NCBI GenBank assembly: GCA_031372565.1
Contig: JANMLN010000181.1
Coordinates: 1-58,610, forward strand
From: Gemmatimonadota bacterium
GTDB lineage: Bacteria > Gemmatimonadota > Gemmatimonadetes > Gemmatimonadales > Gemmatimonadaceae
Reading direction: 5' to 3'
DNA length: 58,610 nt
Every line of letters starts with the position of its first letter. Position 1 is the first letter of the stretch. Position numbers and translations under genes: made by a program. Shown here in pieces: positions 32,240 to 41,277 of this stretch. The notes below the pieces were generated by a model. It searched no databases. It had not been told where the DNA came from and saw nothing but the letters and a program-made list of their open reading frames with translations.

Positions 32240-33042
32240 GCGGGAGAGGGCATGCGGGTGTCGGCCGAAGTCACGGCCGTGAGTTCGTTCAGGTGGTGGC
32301 GGTACCAGTTGACGCCGTTCAAGTGTGCGTTGATCCGCATCACCTCGGGGTGTGCATCCATCCAATCAGCGATCGCGGCGGTGCTCACGTGCGGCCAGCC
32401 CGGGCGCACGCCGTCGAACACGGCGCGCAACAGCGCGAGGTCCTCGCGGTAGTCCAACACCACGCGGTGGGTGCGGGCCAGATCGCGCCCGTCGCCCCAC
32501 GCCACGTTCAAACAGCGGAACCGGCCCGGCGGGTCCCAGAACCACGGGGTCGTGTGCTCGCGGTCCATCGCGCGCGTCGCTTCGCGATGCGCGCGCTCCA
32601 GCAATGCCATCGGCACGACCTCCACGTCGTTGCCGTCCGGATGCGTCGGCGGATGCAAGTTCGACACGTAGTCCCACGCATCCGGCGCCGCCAGATACGC
32701 GCCCAGCACCTCGTCGATCACCTCGGGGCCGATCAACACGCAGTCGCTCGGGATCTTCACCACGACCTGGGCATCGAACGCTCGCGCAGCCTGCACATGG
32801 CGATCCAGCAGGTCGGTCGGGTGACCGCGCACGACCGGGACGCCCGCGGTCGCGCCGAGCTCGGCAACGGCGGCATCCGCGTCGTCGGTCGTCGTGGCAA
32901 GCACCACCGTGCCCGCGAGTGCCGACGCCCGTACGCGCTCGAGCATCCGGCTCAGCACGGGCGCGCCACCCAAATCCTCCATCACCTTCCCCGGCAGGCG
33001 CGTCGAGCCTGCGCGCGCCTGGACCACCGTCACGACGCGCAT
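32236..33042 (-). CDS. SpsF/acylneuraminate cytidylyltransferase family protein
   Basis: VQARAGSTRLPGK, ATT..D, DLLDR, REHTT, VLDYREDL; ATG at 33042. Confidence 0.88.
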   Translation of the reverse strand: MRVVTVVQARAGSTRLPGKVMEDLGGAPVLSRMLERVRASALAGTVVLATTTDDADAAVAELGATAGVPVVRGHPTDLLDRHVQAARAFDAQVVVKIPSDCVLIGPEVIDEVLGAYLAAPDAWDYVSNLHPPTHPDGNDVEVVPMALLERAHREATRAMDREHTTPWFWDPPGRFRCLNVAWGDGRDLARTHRVVLDYREDLALLRAVFDGVRPGWPHVSTAAIADWMDAHPEVMRINAHLNGVNWYRHHLNELTAVTSADTRMPSPA

Positions 33043-34049
33043 CAGGAGGCGGCTCGGCGCCAACGCTCGGTCGCGGCCTGCTCGGCGCGATCCGCCAGCT
33101 CCATACGACAGACCTCCGCGATACGCTCGGCACTGGTGCCGTCGTTCTGCATCGGCGTCATGCGGCGCAACTGCTCCACGTCGTAGTAGGAGTGGCATTC
33201 CTTTCCGAGCGCCAGCCCGACATAGACCACCGTGCTGTACTGCGTGACGAGCGCGCTGCAGTTGGCGATCATGTGGTCGGTCTTGCCCGCTTGCGTCACC
33301 ACCGCGCCGGGGAACACGTCGTGAATCTCGACCGCAGCGCGCTCGGCGTTCTCGTTGGGGTGCAGCTTGAAGACGGCCCGGCGCCCGGCCACGCGCTCCT
33401 TGGCCCACAGCAGAAACCGCTTGCGGCTGTCGAACTTGAGCGTTTCGCGCGCATCGGACGTGGCCACCAGCACGTACCCGCGATCGGGATAATCGTTGTC
33501 GAGCAGCTGCTTGCAATTGTCGAAGTTCGGAATGCCGGTCACGACGAGTCGATCGGCCGGAATCCCCTTCGCCATGAAGAAATCCCGGTACCCCTCCGAA
33601 GCCACGCAGAACTTGCGATACGCGAGCGACAGCCCCGTCGTCGACGTACTCGCGATCCAGCGCGGCAGGCCGAAATACCGCACGAGGTGGTACGCCAGGT
33701 TCTCGGGGTCGGTCATCCCCTCCTGCACCAGCACAATCGGCTTGGAGCGGATGTTGCGCTGGATGATCAGATCGGAACCCGTGACCACAAGGTCGTAGTC
33801 GTCAAGGCGGCCCCCCTCATCCACCGGCAGGCCGTGATCCCGAAGGTACGCCGCCGTCTTCAGCCGGAACTGACCGCCATGCCCAGCCACGGTGAAGTTC
33901 AACAGCCCGAGCCGGTTGAGCGCCTCGAGATACCCGTCGGTGTAGTACGGGGTGTACACGCACTCCGCCTCCGATCCCAACGCCTTCCCGACCTGATGCA
34001 GCATGCTGGTCTGGTTGATCGATCCGCCGATGAGCAGCACGCGCGGCAC
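33042..34049 (-). CDS. Conserved hypothetical protein, probable GT-B ulosonate transferase
   Basis: VLVQEG, VTGIPNFD, FKLHPNE (HP motif), STVVYVGLALGK; GTG at 34049; TGATG coupling to the cytidylyltransferase. Function is inferred. Confidence 0.6.
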   Translation of the reverse strand: MPRVLLIGGSINQTSMLHQVGKALGSEAECVYTPYYTDGYLEALNRLGLLNFTVAGHGGQFRLKTAAYLRDHGLPVDEGGRLDDYDLVVTGSDLIIQRNIRSKPIVLVQEGMTDPENLAYHLVRYFGLPRWIASTSTTGLSLAYRKFCVASEGYRDFFMAKGIPADRLVVTGIPNFDNCKQLLDNDYPDRGYVLVATSDARETLKFDSRKRFLLWAKERVAGRRAVFKLHPNENAERAAVEIHDVFPGAVVTQAGKTDHMIANCSALVTQYSTVVYVGLALGKECHSYYDVEQLRRMTPMQNDGTSAERIAEVCRMELADRAEQAATERWRRAAS

Positions 34050-34292
34050 AACTGTTCGGCGCGCGGGCGCCGAGCTGCTCCGGGTGTGGGCGGGACGTGA
34101 CAGGGTCACCAGACGGGGATCGAGGGACGAGCCGGGGAACGACGGCCAGCGGACCGGCCGGACCCCGCCTCGCGGGACCCGGCCGAACGACATCCCATAA
34201 AGATGGCCAGAATCCGACTGTTTCTCCACCCACCTGCCCGAATTGGGGTGTACCGCCACCGGCTCCCCTCCCCTACCTTGCCACGCTGTCAG

Positions 34293-34377
34293 GGAGGGCT
34301 GGCAGAACGGCTATTGCACCGGTCTTGAAAACCGGCGCCGGGCAACCGGCTTACAGGTTCGAGTCCTGTGCCCTCCG
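34293..34377 (+). tRNA. tRNA-Ser (anticodon TGA)
   Basis: Acceptor stem GGAGGGC/GCCCTCC, anticodon arm CCGGT-CTTGAAA-ACCGG, long variable arm, T arm ACAGG-TTCGAGT-CCTGT, discriminator G; CCA not encoded. Confidence 0.95.
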
Positions 34378-34406
34378 CTTCCCTGCGCCGGAGGTTCGCC
34401 GCACAC

Positions 34407-35900
34407 GTGAGTCACGCCAACGCCGTTGCCGAACAGCTGGCGCGCCTGGTCGAGGGCATCTTGCTCGACCGGCCCGAATCGCTGCGAGAACAGACGCTCG
34501 GCGCGCTCCTCACGGCCGTCCTCACGGCCGAACCCACAACGATCGCCGCTCGACAGTTGGACCTGCTGGTGAACGGCGAGGTGCTCGCGGTGCGCGGTGC
34601 CGGCATCGCCGAGTTGGCCGCGCAGCTGACCGGCCACGAAGTCGCGTCGCTCACCATCGGGCCGGACGCCTCGCCAGCAGAACTGCTGGCGGTCGCCGAG
34701 CAGCTCGCGCGTGAGCCGACGCACGGCGCCGCAGCGCACGGGTTTGCCCGGGCGCTCATTGGCGTGAGCGCCAGCGGCATTGCCGCGACCTACGACACCG
34801 ATCCGCGCCTCGCAGACCTCCTCCGCGCGGCGCCGGAGAATCTGGCCGGCATTGATCACGAGGTGCGAAGGGAGCGCGGCGCCTTGACGCTCGACGAACT
34901 CCTGGACGCCCTCGATGCCGATCCCGCGTCTGGCGAGGTGGCGCGACTCCTCGATCTGCTGGTGCCGTTTGCGGAGCGTGCCGCCGATCAAAAGGACGGC
35001 CGACAGGTCGCCGTGCTGCTCGATCGCGTGCTGAGCGCTCGTGAACGCGCTCTGAGCGACGACGTCCAGCGGATGTACACCATCGGCACGCGTCGCCTCG
35101 CGCGCGGACTGATTCTCCAACACGTGGTCCCCCTGATTGCCGGCGGTGGCGATGACGCCGCCTTGGCCGTCTCGGTCCTGCGCCGCACCGGCGAACTCGG
35201 CGCCCAACTGCTCGTCGACCGGCTGCCGGTGGCCGAGACGCGCGGCGAACGTCGCGCGCTGTTCAATATCCTCGTGCAGCTCAAGCCTCCAGCCGAGTTG
35301 ATCCGGTGGCTCCTGCTGGATCCGCGCTGGTTCGTCGTGCGCAACGGCCTGGACCTCGCCGCCGAGCTGCGTGCCAGCGAGCTCGAGGACGCCTGCATGC
35401 CATTGGTGAAGCACGAAGACGAACGCGTCCGCCGATCGGCCATTCAGGCGGTCGGCCGGTTCGCGACCCCCCGCTCCGTGCGCGCCATCGAAGGCGCGCT
35501 CGACGATCCCGCGCCGCAGGTGCGTGCCAAGGCGGCGGTCACCCTCGGCGCCTCGCGTCATCCCCGTGCGACCGAGCGACTGCTCGCGGCCATCGGTGCC
35601 GAGGCCGACCCGGAGGTGCTCACCGCGCTGCACGTGGCGCTGGGCCAGATGGGAACGCCGGAAGCGCTGCAGCAGTTGCTCGAAGGCGCGAAGCCGGGCG
35701 GGCGGCTCTTCGGTCGCAAATCGACCGCGCTCCGCGTTGCGGCCGTGCAGGGGCTGGCCTACGCGACCGCGCCCGAGGCACGCCGTGCACTCGACGCGCT
35801 CGACGACGACCGGGACCCCGAAGTGCGCGCGGCGCTCCAGCGCACCAAGCGACCCACGCGTACGACCGCAGCCCTGCCCGACCCGTTCTCCTCTCCCTGA
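34407..35900 (+). CDS. HEAT repeat protein
   Basis: Helical repeats DPRWFVVRN, HEDERVRRSAI, DPAPQVRAKAA, DRDPEVRAA. Start GTG approximate. Confidence 0.8.
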   Translation: MSHANAVAEQLARLVEGILLDRPESLREQTLGALLTAVLTAEPTTIAARQLDLLVNGEVLAVRGAGIAELAAQLTGHEVASLTIGPDASPAELLAVAEQLAREPTHGAAAHGFARALIGVSASGIAATYDTDPRLADLLRAAPENLAGIDHEVRRERGALTLDELLDALDADPASGEVARLLDLLVPFAERAADQKDGRQVAVLLDRVLSARERALSDDVQRMYTIGTRRLARGLILQHVVPLIAGGGDDAALAVSVLRRTGELGAQLLVDRLPVAETRGERRALFNILVQLKPPAELIRWLLLDPRWFVVRNGLDLAAELRASELEDACMPLVKHEDERVRRSAIQAVGRFATPRSVRAIEGALDDPAPQVRAKAAVTLGASRHPRATERLLAAIGAEADPEVLTALHVALGQMGTPEALQQLLEGAKPGGRLFGRKSTALRVAAVQGLAYATAPEARRALDALDDDRDPEVRAALQRTKRPTRTTAALPDPFSSP

Positions 35901-37228
35901 TGCCTGCCATGCCGACGTTCCGATCCATTGCCGCGCTCGCCGCCACCGCCGGCGTCGCCACGCTCTTCTCCGTTGCGCATCACGGCGGGGCGCGCCTTGC
36001 CGACGCGCGTGCCGCTGTTCCCTGCGACGAGGGGAATGCGGGCCTCACGCTGCCAGCCGGATTCTGCGCCACCGTCTTCGCCGACAAGATCGGCACCGCG
36101 CGCCATCTCGTGGCCATGCCCAACGGCGACCTGTTCGTGAACGTGCAGGCAGGCCGTGGCGGCGGCGAAAGCCAGATGGGGATCGGCAAGGATGGCGGCC
36201 TCGTGTTGCTGCGCGACGCCAACGGCGATGGACACGCCGACGTGACGGAGAAGGTTGCGGATGCCAACGGCACCGAGGTCGCCGTGGCGAACGGCTTCGT
36301 GTACGTGACCAACAAGAACAACGTGGTGCGCTTCCCGATGGTGGGCGACCGCCCCGACGCGAGCAAGCCCGACACGATCGTCATGAACATGCCGACGGGC
36401 GGCCACGTCGCGTACAACTTCGTCGTCGATGGCAAGGTGCTCTACCTGAACGTCGGGTCACGCACCAACTCGTGTCAGGTGGCCGACCGGCAGAACCGGT
36501 CGCCCGGCGCCGATCCCTGTGTCGAGCTCGACTCGCGCGCCGGTATCTGGCAGTTCGACGCCACCAAGTCGCGGCAGACCGCCGCCGACGGGCAGCGCTA
36601 CGCGACGGGGATCCGCAACGGAGTGTCGCTCGTCATGAATCCCGGCGACAAGACGTTGTACGTCACGCAGCATGGTCGCGATCAACTCGCACAGAACTGG
36701 AGCTTCTCCCCCGAGCAGAGCGCCGAATGGCCGGCCGAGGAACTGTTCCGCGTCACCAAGGGCGATGATTTCGGCTGGCCCTACTGCTTCTACAATCCGG
36801 ATGAGAAGAAGAAGGTCCTGGCCCCCGAGTACGGTGGTGATGGCAAGCAGGTGGGGCGCTGCGCCGAGAAGAAGTCGCCGGTGTTTGCCTTCCCGGGCCA
36901 TTGGGCGCCGAACGCGATGTTGTTCTACACCGGCTCGCAGTTTCCGCCCAAGTACAAGAGCGGCGCGTTCGTGGCCTTCCACGGTTCGTGGAATCGTTTC
37001 CCGCTTCCGCAGGGTGGATTCCGCGTCGTCTTCCTTCCCATGAAGGGCGACAAGGCCGCCGGCACCGACTTCGAGAACTTCGCCGTTGGATTCGCCGACG
37101 AGGGCGGAAAGCCCACGGCGCAAGGACTGCACCGCCCGACCGGTCTTGCCCAAGGGCCGGATGGTTCGCTGTACGTGAGCGACGACAACGGTGGACGGAT
37201 CTACAAGATCAGCTACAAGGGCCGGTAG
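35900..37228 (+). CDS. Secreted PQQ-dependent sugar/sorbosone dehydrogenase family beta-propeller protein
   Basis: Signal peptide; LYLNVGS, GIRN, GRDQL, FGWPYC, AFHGSWNR, RPTGLAQGPDGSLYVSDD. Confidence 0.85.
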   Translation: MPAMPTFRSIAALAATAGVATLFSVAHHGGARLADARAAVPCDEGNAGLTLPAGFCATVFADKIGTARHLVAMPNGDLFVNVQAGRGGGESQMGIGKDGGLVLLRDANGDGHADVTEKVADANGTEVAVANGFVYVTNKNNVVRFPMVGDRPDASKPDTIVMNMPTGGHVAYNFVVDGKVLYLNVGSRTNSCQVADRQNRSPGADPCVELDSRAGIWQFDATKSRQTAADGQRYATGIRNGVSLVMNPGDKTLYVTQHGRDQLAQNWSFSPEQSAEWPAEELFRVTKGDDFGWPYCFYNPDEKKKVLAPEYGGDGKQVGRCAEKKSPVFAFPGHWAPNAMLFYTGSQFPPKYKSGAFVAFHGSWNRFPLPQGGFRVVFLPMKGDKAAGTDFENFAVGFADEGGKPTAQGLHRPTGLAQGPDGSLYVSDDNGGRIYKISYKGR

Positions 37229-37354
37229 TCACGGGTGCGGGCCGAGCCCCCGTGCGCCGGGGCTCGGCGACCGTCGCGGCAACCCTGCAAGGGCTGCGTG
37301 TGTCAGATCGACGTCGCCACCGCACTGATCGTTTCCCATCTGCCAACTCTTCGG

Positions 37355-37753
37355 ATGCATTCATCCCTGCTCTTCGTGCCCTCGACGGCCCTCGCGCTGC
37401 TGGCGTTCGCTGCCCCCGTGCTGCAGGCGCAAGCCACGACTGCCCCGCGGCGGCCACCGGTCTGCGACCGTGGCGTCAAGGTCTACACCGACCGGGCCGC
37501 CCTTCCCGTGCCACACGACACGCTCAAGATGCCGCCCGGCGCCCCCATTCGCATCAGCAACCCTGACGAGGCGGCCGCTGCGGAACTGGCCATGCGAGGC
37601 CGCGCCGGAGCCGCAGGCGCGACAGGTCTCCTGATCTTTGACGAAACGAACGAGGACGGCGGCATGATGCGCGTGCGCCGCCGCGTGATCCCGATCTTCG
37701 CGCCGTCGGACAGCGCCCGCGCGCAGCGCGAGTGCACAGGGTCGCGCGGCTGA
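37355..37753 (+). CDS. Hypothetical exported protein
   Basis: Signal-peptide-like N-terminus ending LQAQA; two Cys. Start approximate. Confidence 0.55.
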   Translation: MHSSLLFVPSTALALLAFAAPVLQAQATTAPRRPPVCDRGVKVYTDRAALPVPHDTLKMPPGAPIRISNPDEAAAAELAMRGRAGAAGATGLLIFDETNEDGGMMRVRRRVIPIFAPSDSARAQRECTGSRG

Positions 37754-37776
37754 CGCCGAGAGTTCAGCCGACCCAT

Positions 37777-37805
37777 TTGACCACGCCCCACCACCGGACT
37801 AACCT
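37777..37805 (+). promoter_or_regulatory. Sigma70-type promoter for tRNA-Ser(GCT)
   Basis: TTGACC-N17-TAACCT. Confidence 0.6.
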
Positions 37806-37859
37806 TCCGCTCTGGCTGCGCGCGCCTCGATCGGGCGCCCATCTGGTGGTCCGCACGTG

Positions 37860-37950
<91 letters not shown>

Positions 37951-37956
37951 TCTGGT

Positions 37957-37998
37957 ACGAACGCGGGTCCGCCCCCCCGGCGGGCCCGTTCTCGTTTA
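37957..37998 (+). terminator. Hairpin after tRNA-Ser(GCT)
   Basis: GCGGGTCCGCC-CCCC-GGCGGGCCCGT followed by TCTCGTTT. Confidence 0.5.
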
Positions 37999-38013
37999 CA
38001 CCCCGAGTCCTCC

Positions 38014-39468
38014 GTGACCGACACTCCGCGCCTCCGTTTCGCTCCCTCGCCGACCGGCTACCTCCACGTCGGCGGGGCGCGCACCGCCCTGTTCAACTGG
38101 CTCTACGCCCGCAAGATGGGCGGCCAGTTCCTGCTGCGCATCGAAGACACGGACAAGGCGCGCAGCACCGACGAGAGCACGCGCGCGATCTTCGAGGGAT
38201 TGCTCTGGCTCGGCCTCGACTGGGACGAGGAGGTCGTGTACCAGGGGGCCCACGTCGAGCGGCACGCGGCCGACGCCCAGCGGCTGCTCGCCTCGGGGCA
38301 TGCGTACGCCGACTTCACCACGCAGGAAGAGCTCGCCGCGCAGCGCAGCGTCGTCGAGGCCAAGGGACCGGGGCACGCCTTCCGCGTCGATCGAGCCAAG
38401 GTTGACCTGCCCGCCGCAGAGGCGCAGGCGCGCATCGCGCGCGGTGAGCCGTACGCCATCCGCTTTCGCGTACCCGACGGCACCACCGAGTGGCCGGACC
38501 TCGTGCATGGACGCATCGCCTTTCCGAACAAGGATGTCGAGGACTTCATCATCCTCCGCAGCGATGGCACGCCGGTCTACAACCTGGCCGTCGTGTCGGA
38601 CGACATCGCCATGGGCATCACGCTCGTGATGCGCGGCGACGATCACATCAGCAACACGCCCAAGCAGATCCTGCTCTACCGGGCCCTCGGCGCTACCCTG
38701 CCGACGTTCGCGCACCTGCCCATGATCCATGGCACCGACGGCAAGAAGCTCAGCAAGCGGCACGGGGCGACCGCCGTGGCCGACTGGCAGCACGAGGGCA
38801 TCCTGCCGAGCACGATGAACAACTTCCTGTCGCTCCTTGGATGGAGCCCGGGGGGCGATATCGAGGTCATGATGCGCGACGAGTTGATCGAGCGCTTCGG
38901 CGTCGATGGACTCCTCAAGAAGGCCGCGGTCTTCGATCCGAAGAAGCTCGAGTGGATGAATGGCCAGCACCTCTCGCGGCTCCCGCTGGACGAGGTGGTG
39001 CTGCGGACGCGCCCGGCGCTGGTGGCGGCCGGCCTCGTGAGCGATGCCGCGTTCGACGAACGGCACGAGTGGTTGGCCAAACTGCTGGACCTGCTCCGCG
39101 TGCGTGCCCGCACGATTGATGACATCGTGCGGCAAGCCACGCCGTACTTGCGCGACGACATCACGTACGACCCCGACGCGGTCGCCAAGCAGTGGAAGGA
39201 CCCGGCGCAAACACGCGAACTGCTCATCGCGGCGGCAGCGTCCATCGAGGCGATGCCCGCGTGGACCGCCGAGGCGATGGAGAGTTCGTTGCGGGCGCTG
39301 GCCGAGTCGAAGGGGATGCAGGCGGGCAAGCTCTTCCAGCCCCTGCGGGTGGCGCTGACCGGACTGGGCGTGAGCCCGGGCATCTTCGAGGTGCTCGATC
39401 TCCTGGGGAAGGATCGATCCTTGGCGCGCATCCGGGCGGCCGTCGCGACCCTGGGGCAAACGACCTAG
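38014..39468 (+). CDS. gltX: Glutamate--tRNA ligase
   Basis: RFAPSPTGYLHVGG, LRIEDTD, RGDDHISNT, KLSKR, PLRVALTG. Confidence 0.96.
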   Translation: MTDTPRLRFAPSPTGYLHVGGARTALFNWLYARKMGGQFLLRIEDTDKARSTDESTRAIFEGLLWLGLDWDEEVVYQGAHVERHAADAQRLLASGHAYADFTTQEELAAQRSVVEAKGPGHAFRVDRAKVDLPAAEAQARIARGEPYAIRFRVPDGTTEWPDLVHGRIAFPNKDVEDFIILRSDGTPVYNLAVVSDDIAMGITLVMRGDDHISNTPKQILLYRALGATLPTFAHLPMIHGTDGKKLSKRHGATAVADWQHEGILPSTMNNFLSLLGWSPGGDIEVMMRDELIERFGVDGLLKKAAVFDPKKLEWMNGQHLSRLPLDEVVLRTRPALVAAGLVSDAAFDERHEWLAKLLDLLRVRARTIDDIVRQATPYLRDDITYDPDAVAKQWKDPAQTRELLIAAAASIEAMPAWTAEAMESSLRALAESKGMQAGKLFQPLRVALTGLGVSPGIFEVLDLLGKDRSLARIRAAVATLGQTT

Positions 39469-39495
39469 TCCTAATGGACTCGTGGCAGTTTCACG

Positions 39496-39518
39496 CCAAA
39501 CGTTTACAAAACATTCGG
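39496..39518. promoter_or_regulatory. Imperfect palindrome in the AT-rich region upstream of the LexA-like gene (candidate operator)
   Basis: CCAAACGTTTACAAAACATTCGG, 16/23 symmetric. Confidence 0.35.
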
Positions 39519-39641
39519 TGAATTTCTGCTGGTAATCAGTTGTATTGTGGACGTTCTGAGCTAACCTTTCTGGTAGGGTGGTCGAGTCAAACGGTCCTAA
39601 CGGCCGACGACTGAGAACACGCCTGTTTCCGAGAGGCGTTT

Positions 39642-40280
39642 ATGGCTGAGCAATTGACTGTCATGGAACGAAAGGTGTACCACTACCTGATCGACTTCCT
39701 GGCGGAGAACACGTATCAGCCCAGCGTCCGGGATATCGGTCGGCGGTTCCGCATCAAGAGCACCAAGACCGTCAGCGATCTGCTCCAGAGCCTGGCGGCC
39801 AAGGGGTACATCGAACGGGACGCCAGCCGTTCGCGCGGCGTGCGCTTACTGGGTGTCCAGTCCGTGGGCGGGACCCAGCCGATTCCGATCTTTGGAGAGA
39901 ATGCCGCGCTGGACCCACAGTGGCATGGTGGCGAGCCCGACGACTGGCTGACGCTCGATCGTCGCTTCATTCCGGCGGATGATGTCGTGTTCCTCAAGGT
40001 CGGCGCGGACCGGTACGCCTCGCGCGGCGTACTCGAGGGCGACTACGTGCTCGTCTCGCCGTCCGCCCGCGCCGGCGACGGTGACCTCATCTCCGCACGA
40101 GTTGGCGAGCGGATCGTCACGCGGACCCTGACCCATCGCGGCGCAACCATCGTGCTCGAGGGCGACGGCGGAGCGGCCGGCGAGATGAGCGTCGGGCCGA
40201 CCGACGACTTCCAAGTGCTCGGCGTGGTGGTCGGCGTCTGGCGCTCGAGCCACGACCAGCCGGTGACCGTCGAGCACTAG
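39642..40280 (+). CDS. LexA-like repressor with a degenerate S24 peptidase domain
   Basis: LexA winged HTH (LT..ERKVY..L..F..ENTYQPSVRDIG..F..KS..TV..L..L..KGYIER...SRG) plus a C-terminal S24-like region without recognisable catalytic residues. Confidence 0.85.
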   Translation: MAEQLTVMERKVYHYLIDFLAENTYQPSVRDIGRRFRIKSTKTVSDLLQSLAAKGYIERDASRSRGVRLLGVQSVGGTQPIPIFGENAALDPQWHGGEPDDWLTLDRRFIPADDVVFLKVGADRYASRGVLEGDYVLVSPSARAGDGDLISARVGERIVTRTLTHRGATIVLEGDGGAAGEMSVGPTDDFQVLGVVVGVWRSSHDQPVTVEH

Positions 40281-40310
40281 GCGCTCGCGCCACGGCAGTA
40301 CCCAGCGATG

Positions 40311-40341
40311 AGCGGCCGGCCAGTCGCCGGCCGTTTGCATT
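40311..40341 (+). terminator. Putative intrinsic terminator
   Basis: AGCGGCCGGC-CAGTC-GCCGGCCGTT followed by TGCATTT. Confidence 0.55.
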
Positions 40342-40525
40342 TGCTCGAGTGCGGCGCAGACAGTCCGACGCCTTGCACCCGTCGCGGCAATATCCAGTTG
40401 CGGGCCGCGAGAATCGGGTACGCGCCTTGCCGTCGGAGGCAGCTACACTCCGCGCATGACCTCTCCATCGATCTTCCAGCCAGCGCCTCGGCGCTCACAC
40501 AACACGGTTTCCCGCATCGGAAACC

Positions 40526-40553
40526 TTGACATGCGCGACACATGCTCGCATGT
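40526..40553 (+). promoter_or_regulatory. TA promoter and autoregulatory operator
   Basis: TTGACA at 40526; perfect inverted repeat ACATGC-TC-GCATGT at 40540-40553; extra ACATGC half-site at 40529. Confidence 0.7.
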
Positions 40554-40560
40554 TGTACAC

Positions 40561-40791
40561 ATGTCCATCATGATCCAGATTCGGAATGTCCCCGATGACC
40601 TTCATCGGACTCTCAAACTCCGTGCGGTGGCTGCCGGCATGACGCTCTCCGACTACCTGAAGGCCGAGCTCACGCAGATCGCCGGCCGCGTCACCATGGC
40701 AGAGATGGCGGAGCGCCTGCGCACGCGCGAGCCGATCGAGCACGGCACGCCGGTCGTCGAGCTCCTGCACGAGCTCCGGGGGGAGCGGTGA
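40561..40791 (+). CDS. FitA-like ribbon-helix-helix antitoxin
   Basis: IQIRNVPDDLHRTLKLRA..GMTLSDY; GTGA overlap with the PIN toxin. Confidence 0.85.
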   Translation: MSIMIQIRNVPDDLHRTLKLRAVAAGMTLSDYLKAELTQIAGRVTMAEMAERLRTREPIEHGTPVVELLHELRGER

Positions 40792-41180
40792 TCGTCGTCG
40801 ACGCCTCCGTCGCCGTGGAGGTGCTGCGTGCCTCCGCGGTCGGGCGGTCCCTGCTCGCCCAGCTCGGGGCGCGTGCAGAGTCGCTGCACGCGCCCGAGTT
40901 GCTCGATGTCGAAGTGCTACACGTCATGCGGCGCGACGTACGGGTCGGCATGACAACCGGGCGACGCGCCAGCGAGGCGATCGCCGACCTCGCCGCGTGG
41001 CCGCTGACCCGTCACGGGCACGGTCCGCTGCTCGAGCGCTGCTGGCAGCTGCGTGCGAACCTCTCGGCGTACGATGCCACGTACGTCGCACTCGCCGAGG
41101 GACTCGGCGCGACGCTGCTCACACGTGACGTGCGACTCGCCAACGCGCCCGGCATATCGGCCAAGGTCGAGGTGGTGTAG
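40788..41180 (+). CDS. vapC: VapC-family PIN-domain toxin
   Basis: MIVVDAS, APELLDVEV, LSAYDATYVALAE, LLTRD..LA. Confidence 0.92.
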   Translation: MIVVDASVAVEVLRASAVGRSLLAQLGARAESLHAPELLDVEVLHVMRRDVRVGMTTGRRASEAIADLAAWPLTRHGHGPLLERCWQLRANLSAYDATYVALAEGLGATLLTRDVRLANAPGISAKVEVV

Positions 41181-41277
41181 CGCGCTCCACGGCCGTGCCC
41201 CTTGCCGTGACGCCCACACACCGCGAGGATGGCGCTCAGCGATTCGGCGTCACGCCGCACTCCCCTGCCCCAGCCCG

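Noticed and set aside
34293..34377. tRNA-Sec, given selA in the window
   Set aside because: The anticodon is TGA (reads UCA, Ser), not TCA, and the acceptor stem is the standard 7 bp.
34378..37859. Integrative island between the two tRNA-Ser genes
   Set aside because: No integrase, no duplicated tRNA 3' end seen, and composition resembles the flanks.
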